Assembly: GCA_965220745.1 (NCBI GenBank)
Contig: CBDCQT010000007.1
Span: 256,001 to 320,000, forward strand
Direction: 5' to 3'
Length of the DNA stretch: 64,000 nt
Origin: Alphaproteobacteria bacterium
GTDB lineage: Bacteria; Pseudomonadota; Alphaproteobacteria; UBA828
In this document: positions 58,036 to 64,000 of the stretch, one piece after another
Numbering within the stretch: the first letter of the stretch is position 1
Layout: each line of letters starts with the position of its first letter
Position numbers and translations under genes: made by a program
Notes under the pieces: model-generated
What the model saw: the letters and a program-made list of their open reading frames with translations, nothing else
What the model was told of the DNA's origin: nothing
Databases searched by the model: none

Positions 58036-59178
58036 CTACCAGAGCCGGTCGGAGGCCAGTGCCGCGCCCTCGGCGAGCGCGCCCAGCTTGGCGTAGACGA
58101 TCTCCGAATCCACCCGGCCGAAGCCCGCAAAGGTGCCGAAGCCGCAGTCGCCCCCCGCCAGCACGCGCTCGCGGCCCACGATGTCGGCGAAGCGGCAGAT
58201 GCGCTCCGCCACCAGCGCCGGGTGCTCGACGAAGTTCGAGACCGAATCGATCACGCCGGGGATCAGCACCTTGTCCTCCGGCAGGCCGCGCTCCTGGAAC
58301 ACGGCCCACTCGTGGGCGTGGCGCGGGTTCGCCGCCTCAAATGAAATTGCCTGCGGCTTCGCCTTCATCACCGTGTCGTAGATCGTATCCAGCGCGATGT
58401 CGCAGACGTGGGGCCCCTCGTAGTTGCCCCAGCAGAGGTGCAGCCGCGCGGCCTCGGCGGGCACATTCTCAAGCGAGGCGTTCAGCACCTCGATATTGCG
58501 CTCGGCCACGGCGACGAACTCCGCGTCGCTCTTGTCCTTGTGGATGCTGTGCCGGGTCATGGCGAGGTCGGGGCAGTCGAGCTGGATCACCAGGCCCGCC
58601 GCGTGGATCGCCTCGTACTCGGGTCTCATCATCTCGCAGAGCACGTCCAGGTAGGCGTCCTCGCTCGGGTAGTACTGGTTGGGCTGGAAGAACGCGATGA
58701 CGCCGGGCGAGGCTGCGTTCATGAAGCCCTCGACCGCGCCGGCCGCCTCCAGCGCCGCGGCCATGTTGGCGAGGTCCTTCCTGAGCGGCGCCTCGTCCTT
58801 GATGCTGATCTCGCCGACACAGGGCGCGCGCCTCACCTGCGGCGCCTCGCCCATGGCGGCCACGCGCTGCACGTAGGCCGGGAACATCTCCATGTCCCGC
58901 GGCATCTTGCGCTCGCTGTCGCCCGCGAAGCCGTGCAGCCGCTCCGTGACGTAAGTGGAGTAGCCGCTCTTGCTCATCTCGCCGTCGGAGACGATGTCGA
59001 CGCCTGCGTCCACCTGCCGGCGCACGACGTCCGCCACGGCGCTCACCATGCAGGCGTCGAAGGCGCCCTGGTCGGTGAGCGTCTCGTTCTCCTTGGCGAG
59101 CAGCATGTCGGAGACATCCTGCGGCCTCGGCAGGGAGCCCACATGCGTGGTGAGAATGCGTTCGGTGCTGAGCTTCAT
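58036..59178 (-). CDS. Cobalamin-independent methionine synthase II family (single-barrel MetE-like / epoxyalkane:CoM transferase-like)
   Basis: ILTTHVGSLPRP, SDGE, QLDCP, LHLCWGN, FEAANPRH, DCGFGT (Zn ligands). Confidence 0.88.
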   Translation of the reverse strand: MKLSTERILTTHVGSLPRPQDVSDMLLAKENETLTDQGAFDACMVSAVADVVRRQVDAGVDIVSDGEMSKSGYSTYVTERLHGFAGDSERKMPRDMEMFPAYVQRVAAMGEAPQVRRAPCVGEISIKDEAPLRKDLANMAAALEAAGAVEGFMNAASPGVIAFFQPNQYYPSEDAYLDVLCEMMRPEYEAIHAAGLVIQLDCPDLAMTRHSIHKDKSDAEFVAVAERNIEVLNASLENVPAEAARLHLCWGNYEGPHVCDIALDTIYDTVMKAKPQAISFEAANPRHAHEWAVFQERGLPEDKVLIPGVIDSVSNFVEHPALVAERICRFADIVGRERVLAGGDCGFGTFAGFGRVDSEIVYAKLGALAEGAALASDRLW

Positions 59179-59351
59179 GCCGTCCTCCCTCCGTCCCTGT
59201 AACGGGACGGCCAACACGCCGGGACTATACGCGCTCGCCGGGTCTGCTGCGACCGCTCATGCCGGAGGCGGCATGTCGTCGCTGGGACGCTTGACCGGAA
59301 TCCGGGGCGGGCGTAACCCATCGCCAGCAGACGGCGGAACTCAGGCGCATC

Positions 59352-60512
59352 ATGGACGAGCAGCAACAACCTCTCGCGGAGAGCGACGAGAAGGGCGCCT
59401 TCCGCTTCTACGACAACCGCCAGAAGTACCTGCTATTCGTCAACACCTGCAGCGAGAAGTGGGTGGTCTCCGAACGCGCCGGGATGGAGCTCGGCCTGGT
59501 CCACCCCCGGCCGCCGGCGCTCCGGGTGTTCGACGCCGGCATGGGCGACGGCACCGTGCTCTCCGGGGTCATGCGGAACATGCACCGGCGCTTCCCGACG
59601 ATGCCGTTCTACGTCGTCGGCAAGGAAATCTCGGTGGAGGACGTGCGCCTCTGCCTGGAGAAAATGCCCGACCGGTTGTTCGAGCATCCGGCGACGGTGC
59701 TGGTGGTCACCAACATGCACTACTCGGAGGCGCCATCGCTTCAGCCCCGCTCGATGCAGGCGGCGGCCACGCTGAACTGGATCGAGACGCCGCTATCCGG
59801 CAACACCTCCCACGAGTTCCACGAGCAGATCGCGGCGCTCCAGCCCACTCTGGCCGACACCTGGCGCGTGCGGCCGAGCCCGAAGACCGGCAATCCCCTC
59901 TACGTCCGGGCGTCGGTGCTGGTGCTCTATCGGGAAGACCACAAGTTCCTGCTCGACCCGGTGATCCCGCGCCCCGGCCGCGCCAGCGACGGCTACGACC
60001 TGGTTCTCGCCTCCCAGCCCTACCGGGCGCGCATGCCGGTCGACTTCAAGGTGAAGCGGGTGCTGGCCCCGCTCGCCCGCAGTCTGGCGCCGGGCGGCAG
60101 GCTGCTCTGCATCCAGTCCCACGGCGGCGATCCGGGGCTCGAGATCGTCCGTAAGATCTGGCCCGACGAGCAGCCCTTCCAGACCGACCGCCACCTGCTG
60201 CTCAAGGCGCTCAAGGAGGAGATCGGCAAGAGCCGGCGCGATCTCAGGTACAACGCCTACTCCGACAAGCGCGCGATCTTCCGCTACGACATGCACACGC
60301 TGCCGACCGAGATCGAAGGCTCCAGCATCGGCACGTCCACGCTGTTCGCCGCCTGGAACGCGGCGATCTACGTCGCGCAGATCGAGGACGCGCGGCTGGA
60401 GGGCGTGGTCGCCGACGGCTCCTATCTGGACGCCACGCGCAATGTGCTCAGCGAATACGGCGGGCTCTGGTTCTACGACGAATCCTTCGTCGTCTCCCGC
60501 CGCCGCGACTGA
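59352..60512 (+). CDS. Hypothetical protein with class I SAM-dependent methyltransferase-like motifs
   Basis: LRVFDAGMGDGTV (motif I-like), VGKEIS, YDLVLASQ, LAPGGRL; host-like codon usage. Confidence 0.6.
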   Translation: MDEQQQPLAESDEKGAFRFYDNRQKYLLFVNTCSEKWVVSERAGMELGLVHPRPPALRVFDAGMGDGTVLSGVMRNMHRRFPTMPFYVVGKEISVEDVRLCLEKMPDRLFEHPATVLVVTNMHYSEAPSLQPRSMQAAATLNWIETPLSGNTSHEFHEQIAALQPTLADTWRVRPSPKTGNPLYVRASVLVLYREDHKFLLDPVIPRPGRASDGYDLVLASQPYRARMPVDFKVKRVLAPLARSLAPGGRLLCIQSHGGDPGLEIVRKIWPDEQPFQTDRHLLLKALKEEIGKSRRDLRYNAYSDKRAIFRYDMHTLPTEIEGSSIGTSTLFAAWNAAIYVAQIEDARLEGVVADGSYLDATRNVLSEYGGLWFYDESFVVSRRRD

Positions 60513-60537
60513 GGGCGCCGCCGGCCGCGCCGCCGGC

Positions 60538-61323
60538 TCACGTTCCGCCCGTGGCGACGTCGTTGGCGGGCGGTTCATAGAATGAGAAGTCCCGCGCGCC
60601 GAAGTCGCTCACCGTGGTGTCCTCCAGGCGGATGACGCCGCCGCCGTAACGCGTCAGGTCCATGACGGTCGCGCCTCCGACCGCCCTGAGCCTCACATCG
60701 CCGAAGCGCGCGACTCCCGCGATCTCCATCAGGTCGATCAGGTCTTCGCCGTGCATGAAGTCCGTGATCGTGTCGGCCCCGTGATGCGGCTCGAACACGA
60801 ACACATCGGCGCCGGCACCGCCTGTGAGCGTGTCGTCGCCCTCGCCGCCCGCCAGCCAGTCGTCGCCGTTGCCGCCGACGAGAACGTCGTCGCCCGCGCC
60901 GCCGAAGAGGTCGTCGTCATCCTCGCCGCCGGCGAGCTCGTCATCGCCGTCCTCCGGTGAGTGCTCGCCGCTGCCGCCGATGAGGGTATCGTCTCCGGCG
61001 CCGCCCCAGAGGGTGTCGTAGCCCATGTCGCCGATGAGCACGTCGGCGCCTGCGCCGGCGACGATGAGGTCATTGCCGTCGCCCCCGCTCAGGACTTCGG
61101 CACGCGCGCTCCCGAAGAGAATATCATCGCCCTTCCCGCCCGCGACGACCCCGGGATCGCCTCCGCCCGTGCTGTCCTCTTGGTGGGCGGGGCCGCGCGG
61201 AGTGTCGTCCGCCACGATCTCGGCGAGCAGCGCCATGCCGATGAGCCCGGCGAAGACCGGCCACACCGCCGCCGAGACGCCGGCTCGTTCGGCCTTCGCT
61301 CTGCTTTGCCCACTGCTGCCCAT
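60538..61323 (-). CDS. RTX/hemolysin-type calcium-binding repeat protein
   Basis: Multiple GGxGxDxLx nonapeptides, GGAGADVFVF, DTITDF..GEDLIDL type I secretion-style C-terminus. Confidence 0.85.
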   Translation of the reverse strand: MGSSGQSRAKAERAGVSAAVWPVFAGLIGMALLAEIVADDTPRGPAHQEDSTGGGDPGVVAGGKGDDILFGSARAEVLSGGDGNDLIVAGAGADVLIGDMGYDTLWGGAGDDTLIGGSGEHSPEDGDDELAGGEDDDDLFGGAGDDVLVGGNGDDWLAGGEGDDTLTGGAGADVFVFEPHHGADTITDFMHGEDLIDLMEIAGVARFGDVRLRAVGGATVMDLTRYGGGVIRLEDTTVSDFGARDFSFYEPPANDVATGGT

Positions 61324-61464
61324 GAAGTATTGGACGCGTAGGCCGGCGCCGAATCCCAATACCGTTTTCCTGGGTCCTCCATAGGATCGGAAGCGACCGG
61401 CATAGAGCCTCCTACGAGCGGGACATACCGAGCGTCGCTGCGGCGTGTCGGCGGCGCTGCGGTC

Positions 61465-61585
61465 TCACATGCCGTCGATTGGAGCCCCGTTGGCGGGCGG
61501 CTCGTAGAACACGAAGTCCGCCGCGTCGAAATCCTCGGCGGCGGCAGCACCCTCCAGCCGGATCGGGCCGCCGCCGCACGAGAGC
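61465..61585 (-). pseudogene. Orphan C-terminal fragment of a second RTX protein
   Basis: GGGPIRLEGAAAAEDFDAADFVFYEPPANGAPIDGM* parallels GGGVIRLEDTTVSDFGARDFSFYEPPANDVATGGT* of the neighbouring gene. Confidence 0.6.
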
Positions 61586-61671
61586 GTTTCGCCTGCGCAA
61601 ATTCCTGCAACGTCGCGCGGCAACGCGGGTGTATCCTCCGCTCGGATTCGCCGCCCCGAAGGGCTCCCGCC

Positions 61672-62058
61672 ATGTCCTCTCCTGCCGTCGCCCAAGCTCC
61701 CTCACGCCACGCGGAGGCGGAGTGGGCCGCGCGTGTCGAGCTCGCCGCTCTGTTCCGCGAGGCGATCGCCGACCACGACATCGTCGTCTCGCACCACCAC
61801 GGTTACTACGCCCTCGGCCGCTCGGCGGCGGAGGCCTTCTTCCGGGCGTGCTACCTGCGCCAGGCGTGCTCGGTGCAGGTGAAGGCGTCGGCAACCGCGG
61901 CGGGCGCGGGCGAGCACTTGCGCGAGATGGACCCGCAGCGAGTCGCGATGATCGAGGACCAGATGCGCGCCTCCGCCCACTACCGCTACGACGGCAGCAC
62001 AGAGTGGGCCGCCCTCATGCGCAAGCTGGAGCGCACCTGCCCCGACTACCGGACGTGA
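61672..62058 (+). pseudogene. Internally deleted class II aldolase/adducin gene
   Basis: N-terminal EWAARVELAALFR joined in frame to C-terminal HG...AEAFF...LRQACSVQV...EWAALMRKLE..PDY; the central HTH zinc-binding region is absent. Confidence 0.65.
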
Positions 62059-62158
62059 GTGCTCAGCCGAGGGCGCAGATTGCGGCCTAGAGTCCTGTTT
62101 CTGAAGTTCGCACGACTTCAGGTTGGCCGTGTGGACTCCCCAGCTCGGCCACCTCTCT

Positions 62159-62188
62159 CGTCATGCCCGGACTTGTTCCGGGCATCCA
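62159..62188 (+). repeat. CGTC-tagged palindrome (family C), solo copy
   Basis: CGTC-ATGCCCGGA-CTTGT-TCCGGGCAT-CCA. Confidence 0.8.
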
Positions 62189-62302
62189 TGAGGGCCCGGG
62201 AACAGCGCGGATCGATGGCAGCGTAGCGATGTGGAAAGCACCTGCTCCCGGCCCGGCGCCAAATGGCTTCCATGTAAGTGTAGCCACCAAACATTCTGGA
62301 GG

Positions 62303-63280
62303 CTATTTGCGTGGCTTGGACTGAAATTTGTTCCAACGCAACCGCAGCGCCTCGATATGCGGATGCGCTTGAAGATGTGCAAGCGAAGAGCAACTTATTC
62401 TCAGCTGACCTAAGTCAAGACCTGGTATTGTAGCGACGCTCAGGCTGTCGGGCTCTATGCCAACAATGTCAGCGTCGAACATGCGATGATGCGTGGCACA
62501 AAGAACGATACCATTTCTAGGATCATCTGTACCCTGCTCTGCCTTTGGCACAATATGGGCTACGTCGAGAGCCACCTCAATATCGAGTCCACAAAACGCG
62601 CATTGCGTACCTTGTCTCTCAAGAACACTGCTTCTAAACTCTCGGGATCGCTCTTGTTCCTTAACTTCTCTAAGTCGTGCTACTGGCGTCCTCGACAAAG
62701 GATAAAATCCTTTCTCTTCCTTTTTTCCACCCACACTTTTACTAGACAATAATCTAGAAATGAATACGTCCTCATTTCCATATTTCGACTGCGCTATTCT
62801 GTCAGGGCCTAAACGCATCGTCTGGCCACGCATATAATAGTTGGGCTTGAAATCGAAATCAGCAACGAAATCCTCCCAATCGTATGATATCAGTTCTCCC
62901 TGCAGCAGCACAATAATAGGAAACCTCTGTTCACTTCAAATATGTTCGCTAAGATCATAGCACATGTCTGAGGTCTTGTGGATAGCTTGACCACAATACT
63001 GAAAATCTACACTCTCGAGAAGCATCAAGTAATCTCCGGTTATCATTTTGGAAAGCACCTTTTGTGCTCCCGAAGGAATGCCCCATATTTGGAATCCAGT
63101 AGGTGCCAGTTCTGTACATTTCCTTTGAATGTCAAACTGCTCATAAGAGCTCAGGTGCGTCACATATTCTTCGATGTGTTCAAACTTGAAACGCTTAAGG
63201 CCATCCGTCGGTGTTCCCAGACTGCGAGGAAAATCCCTCCGGGAAAGTTTCTCGCCAATGTGCTGATAATAGATTGTCAT
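62303..63280 (-). pseudogene. AT-rich HNH endonuclease interrupted by a single in-frame TGA (62936-62938)
   Basis: GAGGAG RBS and ATG 63280; reads ...SEHI*SEQRFPIIVLLQGE... in one frame; C-terminal CAFCG, AHIVP, DDPRNGIVLCATHH.MFD. Confidence 0.82.
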
Positions 63281-63315
63281 AGTGGTCTCCTCGCAAACAA
63301 CGCAAAGGCGCCCCC

Positions 63316-64000
63316 CTACCCCGCAATCGACGTGCCGCCGTCCACCACAAAACTCTGGCCGGTGGTCCAGCGGCCGGCGTCGGAGGCCAGGTAGACCGCG
63401 ATGCCCGCGATGTCGTCGGGCTCGCCGAGCCGACGCAGCGGCGTGCGCGCGATCCGCTCCGCCGCGCGCGCCTCGTCCTCCCAGAGCGCCCGCGCGAAGT
63501 CCGTGCGCACCAGCCCCGGCGTGATGGCGTTGACCCGGATGTTGTGCGGCCCGAGCTCCACCGCGAGGTTGCGCACGAGCTGCAGGTCCGCCGCCTTGGA
63601 GATGCAGTAGGCGCCGATGATGGCGGAGCCGATGGTGCCCCCGATCGAGGAGACGTAGATGATCGCGCCGTCCTTCCGCTCCCGCATCTCGTCCGCCACC
63701 AGCTGCGCGAGCCACAGGTTGGACTGCACGTTGGTCGCCATGATCTTGGCGAAGGCCTCGTCCGAGATGTCGGCGAACGAGCCGTAGTGCGGGTTGATCG
63801 CGGCGTTGGCGACGACGATGTCGATGGGCCCCCAGGCCCGGCGGGTCTCGTCCACCAGGCGTTCCAGCTCGGGCTTGCGCCCGACGTTGCAGGCGAGGCC
63901 GAGGACGGCGAGCCCCTCGTCGGCCAGCTCCCGCTCGGCCGCCGCAACGCGGCCTTCGTCCCGGCTGGAGACGACCACCCTTGCCCCGTGCTGCGCCAGC
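63316..64000 (-). CDS. SDR family oxidoreductase (DHRS4-like); N-terminus outside the window
   Basis: VVVSSR, DIVVANAA.NP, YCISK, NAITPGLVRTDF, VVDGG. Confidence 0.9.
   Translation of the reverse strand, partial: LAQHGARVVVSSRDEGRVAAAERELADEGLAVLGLACNVGRKPELERLVDETRRAWGPIDIVVANAAINPHYGSFADISDEAFAKIMATNVQSNLWLAQLVADEMRERKDGAIIYVSSIGGTIGSAIIGAYCISKAADLQLVRNLAVELGPHNIRVNAITPGLVRTDFARALWEDEARAAERIARTPLRRLGEPDDIAGIAVYLASDAGRWTTGQSFVVDGGTSIAG

Noticed and set aside
56444-58309. 621-aa ORF as a fusion protein
   Set aside because: Only the last 269 aa are FAH-like; the upstream part overlaps the GATase gene in another frame.
62087-62121. CTAGAGTCCTGTTT as an IS end
   Set aside because: No matching second end or transposase remnant found; too short to support.
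62936-62938. TGA as selenocysteine or genome-wide recoding
   Set aside because: The context suggests Trp rather than Cys, no SECIS-like hairpin was recognised, and TGA is a normal stop for many genes in the window.

Overview
High-GC alphaproteobacterial chromosome segment (Rhodospirillales-like, inferred from the tldD / coxB-coxA-ctaB-ctaG-coxC-DUF983-surf1-M32 and zapA-6S RNA-ygfA-ymdB gene orders). Housekeeping blocks (aa3 oxidase operon, xseA, thrC-M16-tusA-rimJ, yqgE) are interleaved with many catabolic genes and three ABC systems. The catabolic genes include two GMC oxidoreductases, a benzoate-CoA-ligase-family enzyme, an LLM monooxygenase, a Mo-bisPGD enzyme, an OYE/Fe-S flavoenzyme and a MetE-like/GATase/hydratase/aldolase operon. 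The left end carries a divergent urease (fused gamma-beta subunit; alpha subunit with intact Ni ligands but remodelled substrate-pocket loops). The region 51.3-55.5 kb is an accessory hotspot: a solo Mu gp27-like (DUF3486) gene bracketed by composite direct repeats, a Phd-VapC TA pair, a frameshifted GIY-YIG gene bracketed by inverted CGTC palindromes, and an AT-rich membrane/coiled-coil gene. The region 60.5-63.3 kb holds an RTX protein, two gene remnants and an AT-rich HNH nuclease with one in-frame stop. At least four families of structured intergenic repeats recur in the window. No rRNA, tRNA, CRISPR array, integrase or transposase was recognised. All calls come from reading motifs by eye; no database searches were run.
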